A DNA stretch of 64,000 nucleotides from an uncultured Candidatus Saccharibacteria bacterium (GTDB lineage: Bacteria; Patescibacteriota; Minisyncoccia; Phycocordibacterales; UBA9973), in the NCBI GenBank assembly GCA_964527235.1, contig CAZGNC010000002.1, positions 14,275-78,274 of the forward strand. Reading direction: 5' to 3'. The notes below the pieces were generated by a model. That model was given only the letters and a program-made list of their open reading frames with translations. It searched no databases and was not told the origin of the DNA. A program made the position numbers and the translations under genes. Positions 9,032-18,842 of this stretch are shown one piece after another (within the stretch, counting starts at the first letter, position 1; each line of letters opens with the position of its first letter).

Positions 9032-9721
9032 TTAATTACTTGCGTTCTTATCTGGCTTATTATTCTTTTCAGCGAAAATTTTACCTCGGTAAATCCAAAC
9101 TTTCACACCGATAGTTCCATAAGGAAGGACTGCGCGCTCACGCTTGAAATCAATGTCCGCGCGGAAAGTCTGAAGCGGGATACTTCCACGCTTGAGCTCT
9201 TCCGTACGAGCAATTTCAGCTCCGCCTAGTCTACCTCCTAGAACAATTCTTGCTCCTTCTACTCCACGAGTAGTCATAACCTTCTCGATGATTTGCTTCA
9301 TTACACGGCGATATGGCATTCTCTTCTCAAGTCCTTCTGCAACCATGTAGGCAACGATAGCTGCGTCTGCCTCAGGGTTAGTAACTTCTACGATCTCAAG
9401 CTTGAAGTCTTCGGTCTTGGTAAGCTTAAGCTTCTCCATTTGCTTAGCGATATCTTCTTTAAGTTTAGTTGCACCTTCTCCGTTACGGCCGATTATTAGT
9501 CCTGGGCGAGAAGTCTTAATGATGAAACGAGTCATCTTCTGATTTCGCTCTATTTCAATCATAGAAACATACATACCACGTAGTTTCTTTTCTAGGTATT
9601 GACGCAAAAGAACATCCCCTTTTAGGAAATCACAGTACTTCTTGGTATCAGCAAACCAGCGACTCTTCCAGTCTCTAAGTATTACTAATCTATGTGCATA
9701 TGGATGGACTATTTTTGACAT
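9032..9721 (-). CDS. rpsC: 30S ribosomal protein S3
   Basis: KH domain and S3 C-terminal domain (GIKVWIYRGKIF). Confidence 0.9.
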   Translation of the reverse strand: MSKIVHPYAHRLVILRDWKSRWFADTKKYCDFLKGDVLLRQYLEKKLRGMYVSMIEIERNQKMTRFIIKTSRPGLIIGRNGEGATKLKEDIAKQMEKLKLTKTEDFKLEIVEVTNPEADAAIVAYMVAEGLEKRMPYRRVMKQIIEKVMTTRGVEGARIVLGGRLGGAEIARTEELKRGSIPLQTFRADIDFKRERAVLPYGTIGVKVWIYRGKIFAEKNNKPDKNASN

Positions 9722-9723
9722 AA

Positions 9724-10110
9724 TTATTCTTTAACTTCTTTCTTAAGTTTCTTTACTGCTTTCTTAGCTCTATTTTTAACTTTCGCTACTTTTTCAGCCA
9801 AGACTAAAGTTACATGACTGGTTCGCTTGTTAATGCGGTGTGCACTACCCATGGCAGCAGGCATCATGCGCTTCATCACTATACCTTTATCTACTCGCAA
9901 TTCTTTGATAAATAAATTTTCTGGTTCAGCTCCGATTTGTTTTGCATTTGCAACAGCAGAAAGAATAAGTTTCTTTATTGGGAATCCTGCACGCTTTGCT
10001 AAATGTTCTAAGTTGGTGATTGCGAAATTCACATCCTTGCCTCGTACTAGGCCCGCCACCAAGCGAACTTTTCTAGGAGATTGTCTGTAATTTTTTAAAA
10101 ATGCTTTCAT
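9724..10110 (-). CDS. rplV: 50S ribosomal protein L22
   Basis: MKAFLKNYRQSPRKVRLVAGLVRGKDV...L22. Confidence 0.9.
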   Translation of the reverse strand: MKAFLKNYRQSPRKVRLVAGLVRGKDVNFAITNLEHLAKRAGFPIKKLILSAVANAKQIGAEPENLFIKELRVDKGIVMKRMMPAAMGSAHRINKRTSHVTLVLAEKVAKVKNRAKKAVKKLKKEVKE

Positions 10111-10124
10111 TACTTTTATTTAAA

Positions 10125-10481
10125 TTATTTCTTCTTGGCGTCAGCAGCAGCTCCGGCAGTAGCAGTAGCAGCCTTAGCCTGAGTTATCTCAGCTTCTTTC
10201 TTCTTCTGCTCTAATTCTTTCTGCATCTTACCTCCGTGTTTTATAAACTTCTTAGTTGGAGAAAATTCACCAAGTCTGTGACCAACCATGTCTTCGGTAA
10301 CTAGAACATCGATATGGGTTTTGCCGTTATAAACGCCAAAAGTAAACCCGAGCATTTCGGGAGCTATCTGACAAGCCCTTTTCCAGGTCTTGATAGTTGG
10401 TGTATTGAGCGGAGTTTTACCGGCGATCTTCTTCAAGAGGCCTTCGTCCACAAACATTCCTTTTTTAATTGATCGTGTCAT
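10125..10481 (-). CDS. rpsS: 30S ribosomal protein S19, with a Lys/Ala-rich C-terminal tail
   Basis: MTRSIKKGMFVDEGLLKK...GHRLGEFSPT matches the S19 N-terminus (E. coli MPRSLKKGPFID). The ORF-track start at 10523 falls inside the upstream promoter -10 element, so the internal Met at 10481 is preferred. Confidence 0.8.
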   Translation of the reverse strand: MTRSIKKGMFVDEGLLKKIAGKTPLNTPTIKTWKRACQIAPEMLGFTFGVYNGKTHIDVLVTEDMVGHRLGEFSPTKKFIKHGGKMQKELEQKKKEAEITQAKAATATAGAAADAKKK

Positions 10482-10525
10482 ATAACGGGTAACAAAAAAG
10501 CTCCCAATCGAGCCTTGAAACATAC

Positions 10526-10553
10526 TAGCAAATATAAGAAGAATGTCAAACTC
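10526..10553 (-). promoter_or_regulatory. sigma70-like promoter for rpsS-rplV-rpsC... (TTGACA, 16 nt, TAGTAT), at the distal edge of the GC-rich insertion
   Basis: Minus-strand TTGACAttcttcttatatttgcTAGTAT lies immediately downstream of the GC hairpin terminator at 10571-10601. Confidence 0.4.
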
Positions 10554-10557
10554 TTCC

Positions 10558-10601
10558 TAGAAAGAGAGATGCCCGCCTAGCACACAATGGTGCTGGCGGG
10601 C
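10558..10601 (-). terminator. rho-independent terminator of the GC-rich cassette (12-bp GC stem plus T-rich tail)
   Basis: Minus strand: gcccgccagcaccattgtgtgctaggcgggc followed by atctctctttct. Confidence 0.5.
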
Positions 10602-10812
10602 TGTTCCCGATATTACTTCTAGCGTTCCGCTCGCAGAGAGCGGTAAAACATTTTCCCGAGATGCTCGGGTCAGCCCCTGTGAAGTGGTATTCCCTTGCTA
10701 GGAGAGAATAGCACCCATCCACGACCGTAGGCCCGTCGAGATGGTCTCCATTTTTACTAGAGTGGAGATTCTCTTTACTATCCACGGTCAGAGTTCATCC
10801 CGTGGTGCTACT

Positions 10813-11043
10813 TTACGACACCGGCCGGGAGTGAGCGATCGCGAACATCGCAGAGACCACTTCGGCCTGAAGCTCATCGAACTCCGGCTGCGCTGGTGCA
10901 CAGCCCATCAGGTGATGCGCGAGCCGTCTTTCGACGGCCGCGACAGTGTTCTGGTCGCTGACGGGAAACCCAGACAAGACCTGAACCGCAACCTGCTGCG
11001 AGACGACAGACGAACTCCTCTGCTGCGCTGGAAAACGGTACAT
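10813..11043 (-). CDS. GC-rich small ORF (76 aa) of unknown function, inside the rpsS/rplB intergenic insertion
   Basis: The ATG at 11043-11041 is preceded by AGGAGA 7 nt upstream and a near-consensus promoter. About 60% GC against about 40% in flanking genes. No recognisable family. Confidence 0.4.
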   Translation of the reverse strand: MYRFPAQQRSSSVVSQQVAVQVLSGFPVSDQNTVAAVERRLAHHLMGCAPAQPEFDELQAEVVSAMFAIAHSRPVS

Positions 11044-11091
11044 GCAAGTCTCCTGTGAAGAGCGGAGCCCGAAATTGGACCCTCTAAATTA

Positions 11092-11121
11092 GAGTATATC
11101 ACAAATAAACACAAAAGTCAA
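11092..11121 (-). promoter_or_regulatory. near-consensus sigma70 promoter (TTGACT, 17 nt, TGaTATACT) driving the GC-rich small ORF
   Basis: Minus strand: cgtaTTGACTtttgtgtttatttgtgaTATACTcta, with an extended -10 TG. Confidence 0.5.
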
Positions 11122-11155
11122 TACGAAAAAAGCCCTTATTTTAATGGATAAATTG

Positions 11156-11191
11156 GCAAAAGAAGAGCCCCGCCAGACAACCTGGCGGGGC
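11156..11191 (-). terminator. GC-rich hairpin terminator (gccccgccag...ctggcggggc plus T-run) ending an upstream ~300-nt non-coding, hairpin-rich segment (11192-11480)
   Basis: Minus strand: gccccgccaggttgtctggcggggc tcttcttttgcc. Confidence 0.45.
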
Positions 11192-11479
11192 GATTACCGG
11201 CCCTCAAGGGCCAGCATGCCCGAACACGACCATGCGTGCTCGGGGTCAAATATTTCGAGACACATAGAGTGCCTTGATGAAACAAAGGATTGGGCGGGGA
11301 GCCACTAAAAACCGTCCCTTATAACACCAAGAACACCTATGCGCCCGATTTTTCAAGAACTGAAAGTGGGAGAGCCTGGCCAGAGCCGAGCATGAAGTAG
11401 GGTTCCGGGCCCACACAACATGATCGGGATAGCCAGACTCATCTAAAACCAACAATAGCATATTATAAAAATTTGTCAA

Positions 11480-11510
11480 CAAAAAATCCCCTTGATTGGG
11501 GATTCCTTGT
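11480..11510 (-). terminator. host-type rho-independent terminator immediately after rplB
   Basis: Minus strand: ggaatccccaatcaaggggatt followed by tttttg. Confidence 0.55.
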
Positions 11511-11518
11511 TTTTAGTA

Positions 11519-12358
11519 TTATTTATTCTTTCCGGTCTTTCTTCGTGACACGATGAATACGTTTGAGTATTTCTTTGGAGTTCTGGTCTTTCGTCCACCA
11601 GTGATCTTACCCCACATGGTCTTAGGTCGGCGGGTTCCTCGTCCTTGTCTTCCCTCACCTCCTCCGTATGGATGATCTACTGGGTTCATGGCAGTACCTC
11701 GCACTGTTGGGCGGATACCCTTCCAGCGACTTCGTCCTGCTTTACCATAATTTTCCAAATGATGTTCTTCGTTTGAAACTACTCCGATAGATGCCCAGCA
11801 ATTCTCGTCGATTTTTCTAACTTCAGTAGAAGGCATCTTGATGTTAGTGTAACCGTCAGCGTTAGCCACAACTTGGGCGAACACTCCTGCGCCACGACTA
11901 ACTTTCGCACCACCACGAGGCTTGATTTCAATATTGTATACAAAAGTTCCTACTGGGATATTCCTAAGAGGTAGGCGATTTCCTGTAGCAAGCTCAGCTT
12001 TCTCAGAAACGATAAATGTATCTCCGGGCTTAACAGACTTCGGAAGGATTACATATCTCTTCTCTCCATCCTTGTAAACTGCTATACCGATGAAAGCAGA
12101 ACGGTTAGGATCATACTCAACACTCTTGATAGTTGCAGGGATGTCTTTCTTGTCGTATAGAAAATCCACATCTCGGAAGAGTCTCTTGTGTCCCCCACCC
12201 TTGTGTCGCATGGTTATGCGTCCTTGGCTATTTCGGCCAACAGAACGACGAAAACCGTGTACTAGAGATTTCTCTGGAGTAGACTTGGTTAGAACATCGC
12301 GGTAATTGATGTTCGACATCTGTCTGCGTGATTTACTTGTAGGTTTGTATGTCTTCAT
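11519..12358 (-). CDS. rplB: 50S ribosomal protein L2
   Basis: L2 N- and C-terminal domains (HKGGGHKRLFR, GRNSQGRITMRHKGGG..., HPYGGGEGR). Confidence 0.95.
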   Translation of the reverse strand: MKTYKPTSKSRRQMSNINYRDVLTKSTPEKSLVHGFRRSVGRNSQGRITMRHKGGGHKRLFRDVDFLYDKKDIPATIKSVEYDPNRSAFIGIAVYKDGEKRYVILPKSVKPGDTFIVSEKAELATGNRLPLRNIPVGTFVYNIEIKPRGGAKVSRGAGVFAQVVANADGYTNIKMPSTEVRKIDENCWASIGVVSNEEHHLENYGKAGRSRWKGIRPTVRGTAMNPVDHPYGGGEGRQGRGTRRPKTMWGKITGGRKTRTPKKYSNVFIVSRRKTGKNK

Positions 12359-12375
12359 AATCAGTTTTTATAAAA

Positions 12376-12648
12376 TTAAACAAATTTAATCTCGTCGCCC
12401 TTTTTTAAATAAACAATCGCTTTCTTGCCTCCACCTTTCGAGCCCTTGATGCCACGAGACATTACTTCTTTCTTTGGTAGGGATACGATATTTACTCGAG
12501 TTGGTTTGACTTTGTAGAGTTCGAATATTGCTTTCTTTATCTCAGTCTTGTTCGCAGATTTAGAAACGTCGAAAGTATAAGCATTTTGCTCTAGGGCAAC
12601 AGAAGCTTTCTCAGTAATTCTTGGATTTTTAATTATTTTTGTTTTCAT
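12376..12648 (-). CDS. rplW: 50S ribosomal protein L23
   Basis: 90 aa, KIIKNPRITEKAS...L23 fold. Operon position fits. Confidence 0.85.
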   Translation of the reverse strand: MKTKIIKNPRITEKASVALEQNAYTFDVSKSANKTEIKKAIFELYKVKPTRVNIVSLPKKEVMSRGIKGSKGGGKKAIVYLKKGDEIKFV

Positions 12649-12669
12649 CTTTTTGATATTTAACTGATT

Positions 12670-13332
12670 TTACTTTCCACGAGCTTCTAAGAATTTAACA
12701 CTCTCAGTCGGATTCTCAATAACCAAGTAACGGTGATTAAGCACATCGAGCGGGTTTAAATTGTTCATGAAAACTATTTCTAGGGCAGAAATATTTCTAA
12801 AGCTCTTTTCTTTCTTTTCTCCTCTACCCCAAAATGCTGTAAGTATTCTAGGCTTCTTACTAGATGCAGTTGCAGACCACTTAGAAGCTTTGGCGATGCT
12901 GTTTACCACATCGATAGCAGGCTTGGTCTTGATATCAGACATATCTAGAGAATCAACAAAGATTATCTCATTGTCAGCGAATTTCTTAGAAAGTACTGAG
13001 AATAGTGCTTGTGCTCGCATTTTCTTAGAAATCTTTCTCTTGTAGTTCTTCTCTGCAAGTGGACCGTGAGTTACACCTCCACCAACCCAGATAGGACTGC
13101 GTGTAGAGCCATGACGAGCTCGTCCTGTCCCCTTCTGCTTCCAAGGCTTCTTACCTCCTCCGCGAACTTCTCCACGGCCCTTTGTGTCAGCAGTACCTGC
13201 ACGCTTGTTCGAACGCATGCCTTCTACGACTTGGTGAACCAAGTCGGCTCGCCACTTCGCAGCGAAAACACGCTTAGGAAGTTCTATCTTTCCAGTCTCA
13301 GCTCCTTTTTGATTGTAAATCTTTGCTTCCAT
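12670..13332 (-). CDS. rplD: 50S ribosomal protein L4
   Basis: L4 motifs (GTADTKGRGEVRGGGKKPWKQKGTGRARHGS). Confidence 0.9.
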   Translation of the reverse strand: MEAKIYNQKGAETGKIELPKRVFAAKWRADLVHQVVEGMRSNKRAGTADTKGRGEVRGGGKKPWKQKGTGRARHGSTRSPIWVGGGVTHGPLAEKNYKRKISKKMRAQALFSVLSKKFADNEIIFVDSLDMSDIKTKPAIDVVNSIAKASKWSATASSKKPRILTAFWGRGEKKEKSFRNISALEIVFMNNLNPLDVLNHRYLVIENPTESVKFLEARGK

Positions 13333-13337
13333 AAAAA

Positions 13338-13952
13338 TTATTTTGAAACTATTTCAACTAAAGTACCACGCTTCCCGGCAATCGCTCCTTTTACCAGCAT
13401 TAAATTATTTTCGGTATCAACAAAAACAACTTTCAAATTCTTTTGAGTTATTCTGTCAGAACCCATACGTCCTGCCATTCTCATACCCTTTGGCACGTGG
13501 GTTCTTAATCCTCCACCGATAGATCCAGGCTCACGCTCAGAGTGCTTCTGACCGTGTGTTCGAGGGCCTCCTGCGAAACCATGGCGCTTTACAACACCTT
13601 GGAAACCTTTACCCTTTGAAACACTAGAAACCTGCAATTTATCTCCTTCTTTAAAGATAGAAAGATCAATCACATCACCTTCTTTAGCAGAACTTTCTTC
13701 TCCAGCTTTGAGTCTGAATTCTTTGAGAGTCTTGTAAAGTCCGCCACGCATCTGACCTACTTGTGCTTTGTTTACACGATGCTTTTTCTGAACACCGTAG
13801 CCAACTTGCACAGAGTTATAACCATCTTTTGCTTTCTCGAAAACTCTAGTAACAGTTACTGGCCCAGCCTTAAGCACGGTCACAGGGAAAACTCTACCGT
13901 CTTCGGCAAAGTATTCTGTCATATCTTCTTTTGTAGCCAAAATGAACTTCAT
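13338..13952 (-). CDS. rplC: 50S ribosomal protein L3
   Basis: L3 motifs (KGKGFQGVVKRHGF, PGSIGG). Confidence 0.9.
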   Translation of the reverse strand: MKFILATKEDMTEYFAEDGRVFPVTVLKAGPVTVTRVFEKAKDGYNSVQVGYGVQKKHRVNKAQVGQMRGGLYKTLKEFRLKAGEESSAKEGDVIDLSIFKEGDKLQVSSVSKGKGFQGVVKRHGFAGGPRTHGQKHSEREPGSIGGGLRTHVPKGMRMAGRMGSDRITQKNLKVVFVDTENNLMLVKGAIAGKRGTLVEIVSK

Positions 13953-13980
13953 TTTTTTATGTTATAACTGTTAACTAAAA

Positions 13981-14361
13981 TTAGAGCATCTTCACATCAA
14001 TATCAACTCCAGAAGGAAGAGATAGGTTGGTCAGCGCTTCAACTGTTTTAGCGTTTGGGTTGATAATATCAATCAATCTTTTGTGTACTCTTATCTCAAA
14101 TTGTTCTCGTGTATTTTTGTAGATGAAAGACGCACGATTGACTGTGTATTTCTTTATCTCTGTCGGCAATGGAACTGGACCTACAACTTTCGCATCATAA
14201 CGCATAGCAGTGTCGATAATTTGTTTTACCGAACTATCAAGAATCTTGCTCTCATACGCTCGTACACGTATGCGTAGCACAACCTTACCCTCCTCTCCTG
14301 CGCGAGCTACTTTGGCTGTAGAAGTCTTAGCTTTTTTTGGTTTTATTTCTTTAGTTGCCAT
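13981..14361 (-). CDS. rpsJ: 30S ribosomal protein S10, with an N-terminal Lys-rich extension
   Basis: RIRVRAYESKILD...GPVPLPTEIKKYTVNRASFIYKNTREQFEIRVHKRLIDI. Confidence 0.9.
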   Translation of the reverse strand: MATKEIKPKKAKTSTAKVARAGEEGKVVLRIRVRAYESKILDSSVKQIIDTAMRYDAKVVGPVPLPTEIKKYTVNRASFIYKNTREQFEIRVHKRLIDIINPNAKTVEALTNLSLPSGVDIDVKML

Positions 14362-14443
14362 GAATTGATTTTAAACGAACAAAGTAAGCTTTTTGGTGAT
14401 AGTTACTCTCGTAAAATAACTGTCAGTTAGGATAGTTAATGTC

Positions 14444-15637
<1,194 letters not shown>

Positions 15638-15735
15638 AATACTTTTTTGTTTACTAGTTAAAACTTAACGTACGAGAACCAGTCGCTAAGGCCTAACTAC
15701 TAAATAAATTAAACTTATAATAATTTTATATTTAT

Positions 15736-15750
15736 CCGCCTCTGGCGGAA
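15736..15750 (-). promoter_or_regulatory. GC hairpin UCCGCCAGAGGCGGA in the tuf 5' leader; a near-identical copy sits in the DEAD-box helicase leader (26161-26175)
   Basis: 15/16 nt identical between the two sites. Not followed by a U-run on either strand, so it is not a terminator. Confidence 0.35.
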
Positions 15751-15787
15751 AAAAACCAATACAAAAGACCCGAAAGGGCCCTTAGGG

Positions 15788-15818
15788 ATTATATTAGCAG
15801 ATTAAAAAACATTGTCAA
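15788..15818 (-). promoter_or_regulatory. tuf promoter (TTGACA, 16 nt, TAATAT)
   Basis: Minus-strand hexamers with proper spacing, about 150 nt upstream of the tuf ATG. Confidence 0.4.
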
Positions 15819-15825
15819 ACCCACA

Positions 15826-15866
15826 TATACGAGAAACCGCCTGTAGAAGCGCGGTCACTTCTCAGG
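15826..15866 (-). terminator. GC-rich hairpin terminator of GC-rich cassette B (accgcctg...caggcggt)
   Basis: A 13-bp interrupted stem followed by a T-rich tract on the minus strand. Confidence 0.4.
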
Positions 15867-15873
15867 CGGTGAA

Positions 15874-16245
15874 CTACACTGTGTCATCCGAGGGGGTTGT
15901 GATCAGCCCGAAGAATCCACGGATCTCCCCACCCAAGTCGACTTCATCATCCCCCTCATTTCTTCTAGGGACGATCAAGAGATTCGGGTCCTGACTATCA
16001 GGAACACTCTCCGTCTGCGATAGAAACACGACACGGATGTGCGGATGGTTCCTCCGAAGCTGGGCCAACTTACCCAGGTTCTGATTCCCCATCACGAGCG
16101 CCCCAACTAGTTGTCTGGTGTTGTCTGCCAGAAAATCGTCCAGACGATCTGCGGCTGGAACAGAAACGTCGACGCCGTTGAGAAGGTCAGAAAGAGAAAC
16201 CTCCCACTCGGAGTCAGACGACACCACCAGTATGCTCTTCTTCAT
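15874..16245 (-). CDS. GC-rich ORF (123 aa); CheY-like receiver-fold protein lacking the phospho-acceptor Asp (pseudo-receiver)
   Basis: Beta1 ILVVSSD, beta4 VVFLSQTES, beta5 LLIVPRR. Own promoter (TTGACA, 17 nt, TAATTT at 16311-16339) and SD GGGAGAG. About 58% GC. Confidence 0.35.
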   Translation of the reverse strand: MKKSILVVSSDSEWEVSLSDLLNGVDVSVPAADRLDDFLADNTRQLVGALVMGNQNLGKLAQLRRNHPHIRVVFLSQTESVPDSQDPNLLIVPRRNEGDDEVDLGGEIRGFFGLITTPSDDTV

Positions 16246-16343
16246 GAGGTTTCTCTCCCGGAAGATGAAGTTGGAAAACCCAAGACGGCGGACGAAAACG
16301 ATCCTTTTTAAAATTACAGAAATATACCCTTCTTGTCAAACAC

Positions 16344-17138
16344 CTACCTATACTTATTAATCTTCTCGCACAAATTTTGCGCTTCAGCTTTAGGATTATC
16401 TGAGAATATTATTCCCCGAGAGGAATTTATTATTAGACCCAACTTTTCTTTATTTAAACCAGACGTAATAACAGCCTCTAAGTCCCCTCCTTGGGTGCCG
16501 ATACCCGGTACAAGTAGCGTCATCTCTCCTGAGACCTCGCGAACCTTCTTAATTTCTTCGGGATACGTCGCACCCACTACTAGCATGCAGTTATTATTTT
16601 TATTCCAATTTTTAGAAACACTCTCAGCAACTATTTCGTAAAGCTTTTTACCACCACTTTCTAAATCCTGAAATTCTCCAGACCCCCCATTTGAAGTCTT
16701 GCATAAGATTATTGAAACTTTATCTTCTCTGTCTAAAAAGGGTTGCAAGGCTTCTTGGCCTAAATATGGATGAAGAGTTATCGCATCAGCCCCCAGAAAA
16801 TCATAAGCGAAAGCTACATAGCCGTTGTTGGTATTGCCGATGTCTGCACGCTTCGCATCTAGAATTGTGAAAATTTCTGGATAGTTTTGGCCCAAATAAT
16901 CCATAGTTATCTTGAGCTCTAATATCCCTTTATCCCCTCGAGCTTCGTAGAATGCAGTGTTGGGTTTATAAGCAGAAGCGTACTCGTGGGTCTCGTCAAT
17001 AATCCATTTATTAAATTCAAATTGCGGAAATTCTAAATTCTTAAATCGCGCAGGAATCTTTTCAAAATCAGGATCTAGCCCAACGCAAAGAAGCGAGTTT
17101 ATTTTTTTAGCCCTAGTGTTATATTTTTGTAATGACAT
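16344..17138 (-). CDS. pyrF: orotidine 5'-phosphate decarboxylase (type 2)
   Basis: LCVGLDP...DAKRADIGNT; OMP decarboxylase motifs. Confidence 0.8.
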   Translation of the reverse strand: MSLQKYNTRAKKINSLLCVGLDPDFEKIPARFKNLEFPQFEFNKWIIDETHEYASAYKPNTAFYEARGDKGILELKITMDYLGQNYPEIFTILDAKRADIGNTNNGYVAFAYDFLGADAITLHPYLGQEALQPFLDREDKVSIILCKTSNGGSGEFQDLESGGKKLYEIVAESVSKNWNKNNNCMLVVGATYPEEIKKVREVSGEMTLLVPGIGTQGGDLEAVITSGLNKEKLGLIINSSRGIIFSDNPKAEAQNLCEKINKYR

Positions 17139-17741
17139 TTAATTACTCTGTGACTCTAGAAATTTCTTGCCATGACCAACTGTAGTATTAATCGGCACCC
17201 CACTTTTACAAAGCGGGCAGTCTTCACTCTTGTAAGTAGCGACGAAAATACTAGCAAGTGCTTCTTGGCCTAGATTTTCATTTCTATTAACCATTGCGCA
17301 AGTCGCCACTATCTCTCCCCCCGCCTCCTTGATAACATCTACAGTTTTAGCTACCGAGCCCCCAGTAGTTACGATATCTTCAACCACTAGAACTCTTTTA
17401 TTTTTTACATATTTGTCATACCCGCGAGTAAAGACCTGACCACTTATGGGGCTCTTTTCAGTATAAACTCCCAAAACTTCCCTACCTGTCATCTTGCTTA
17501 AAGCATATGCAGTCCACTGAGAAAGGATTATGCCTCCCATCGCAGGACCAACTACAACTTCGATGTTTTTATCTTTATATTTTTCAGCAAAAAGCTCTCC
17601 TATTCTTTTCGCATCTTCAGTATGAACATATAAAAAATCTTTATTAATGTAAGTATCAAAATGAAGCCCAAAAGTTCCAACAAAATGATCATTCTCGATA
17701 ATGGCTCCAACCCTATACAAGATCTCTACAACTTCTTCCAT
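17139..17741 (-). CDS. pyrE: orotate phosphoribosyltransferase
   Basis: PRTase type I PRPP-binding motif VLVVEDIVTTGGS. Confidence 0.8.
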   Translation of the reverse strand: MEEVVEILYRVGAIIENDHFVGTFGLHFDTYINKDFLYVHTEDAKRIGELFAEKYKDKNIEVVVGPAMGGIILSQWTAYALSKMTGREVLGVYTEKSPISGQVFTRGYDKYVKNKRVLVVEDIVTTGGSVAKTVDVIKEAGGEIVATCAMVNRNENLGQEALASIFVATYKSEDCPLCKSGVPINTTVGHGKKFLESQSN

Positions 17742-17745
17742 GATG

Positions 17746-18816
17746 TTATCCTAACTTTTTTTTAATCTCTTGTGCAAGTAATGGGTTCCACATGGCGCCC
17801 GTCGCAGACATCACGAAGTCTGCTCCAGCATCACGGTATTCGAAGAAATCTTCTGGGTCAGTAACACCGCCAACGCCTATGATTTGATAGGTTAAATTTA
17901 AATCCTCACGTAACTTTTTTAATTTTTTAACCATCTCGAGCCCTGCCCATTTAATAGCGTGACCACACAGTCCACTCACAGCCCTGCCCTCCCCAGGCAG
18001 GGCTTGGTTGCCTTCCTCGTCGGTGACCTTAGCTGGCAGAGTATTTATCGAAGCATAAGCCTGCACAAAAGGGCTTGTTTCTTTTATTAAATTTTTTAAC
18101 GCTTCATCGTCAGCAAAGTATGCAATCTTGGCTATTAGCGGGATAGGACCAATCTCTTTTTTGATCGCTTGCAATATTTGCTTAGTTCTTTCAGTGTCGA
18201 AACAAAGCAGATGCGCCGAGCCTTCGTTGGGACAACTTAAATTCACCTCCATGACTTTCACAGATGTTTCCTTTAGAAGCTTGGCACAAAGGGCAAAGTC
18301 TGCAATATATGCTTGCGCGTTTCCCTTCTCCCAGGATGTCCCCTGAAAGCTCCCCACCACGACCTGCCCGTGGCGGGCATAACGAACCGCATCAGATAAA
18401 TCTTTCTGCCAGAATTCTGGGTCAAACGACGGTACCCCGAAAGAATTCGTAATGAGCTCGGGCGTACCAGAACTATCTTTATCTACCACCACACCCTGTT
18501 TCATCTTCTCAAGCGTTAGATCACCTTCTATCTTCACAGACAAAACATTGGGCCACGGATGGCATGGATACTTCCCCGAGCGCACTGTTTTATAAATAGG
18601 AATATCGAAGCCCTTATCAAGTGCACCTTTTACGAATTTGCCATTCAGTAGCGGACCGGCTGGAATACCAAAAGGAGAATTCACTTCGAATCCTAGAAAA
18701 TTATATTTGTGTTCTTCTGTATTATCGAAAACTTTCTTATCAGCAAAAATACCAAAAGGCCCTTGATTGAAATTATCTTCGTATGATTTCTCGGGGTCGT
18801 AAAAAGGGGTAAGCAT
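17746..18816 (-). CDS. pyrD: dihydroorotate dehydrogenase-like flavoenzyme
   Basis: TIM-barrel DHODH motifs (NSPFGIPAG, NLSCPN, GGV...D). Adjacent to pyrE and pyrF. Confidence 0.65.
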   Translation of the reverse strand: MLTPFYDPEKSYEDNFNQGPFGIFADKKVFDNTEEHKYNFLGFEVNSPFGIPAGPLLNGKFVKGALDKGFDIPIYKTVRSGKYPCHPWPNVLSVKIEGDLTLEKMKQGVVVDKDSSGTPELITNSFGVPSFDPEFWQKDLSDAVRYARHGQVVVGSFQGTSWEKGNAQAYIADFALCAKLLKETSVKVMEVNLSCPNEGSAHLLCFDTERTKQILQAIKKEIGPIPLIAKIAYFADDEALKNLIKETSPFVQAYASINTLPAKVTDEEGNQALPGEGRAVSGLCGHAIKWAGLEMVKKLKKLREDLNLTYQIIGVGGVTDPEDFFEYRDAGADFVMSATGAMWNPLLAQEIKKKLG

Positions 18817-18842
18817 TAAAGATATCGTATCAGAAAAAATCT

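Noticed and set aside
10482-10523. Longer N-termini proposed by the ORF track for S19 (MFQGSIGSFFVTRY...) and S12 ([11 protein letters not shown]...)
   Set aside because: Conserved S19 and S12 N-termini begin at internal Met codons ([18 protein letters not shown]). The upstream ATGs fall inside promoter -10 elements.
10741-11114. Plus-strand and alternative-frame ORFs (10741-11058 +, 10908-11114 -, 10546-10785 -) inside the GC-rich insert
   Set aside because: High-GC DNA yields long open frames in all six frames by chance. None has an SD or promoter. Only the 10813-11043 minus-strand frame is preceded by AGGAG and a near-consensus promoter.
11462-11479. TTGACA and TATAAT hexamers immediately after the rplB terminator as a promoter
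   Set aside because: The two hexamers are only 6 nt apart. A functional -10 at proper spacing would be the weak TATTGT, so the promoter call is too uncertain to list.
11192-11482. ORF 11246-11482 (-) of 78 aa, and the idea that this segment is a known ncRNA (RNase P RNA, tmRNA, SRP RNA, 6S)
   Set aside because: Its ATG lies inside the rplB terminator/promoter region with no SD, so it is more likely non-coding. I found none of the universal RNase P (GGAAAGUCCGG, ACAGAA), tmRNA (tRNA-like ends), or SRP domain IV motifs, so no known RNA family is assigned.
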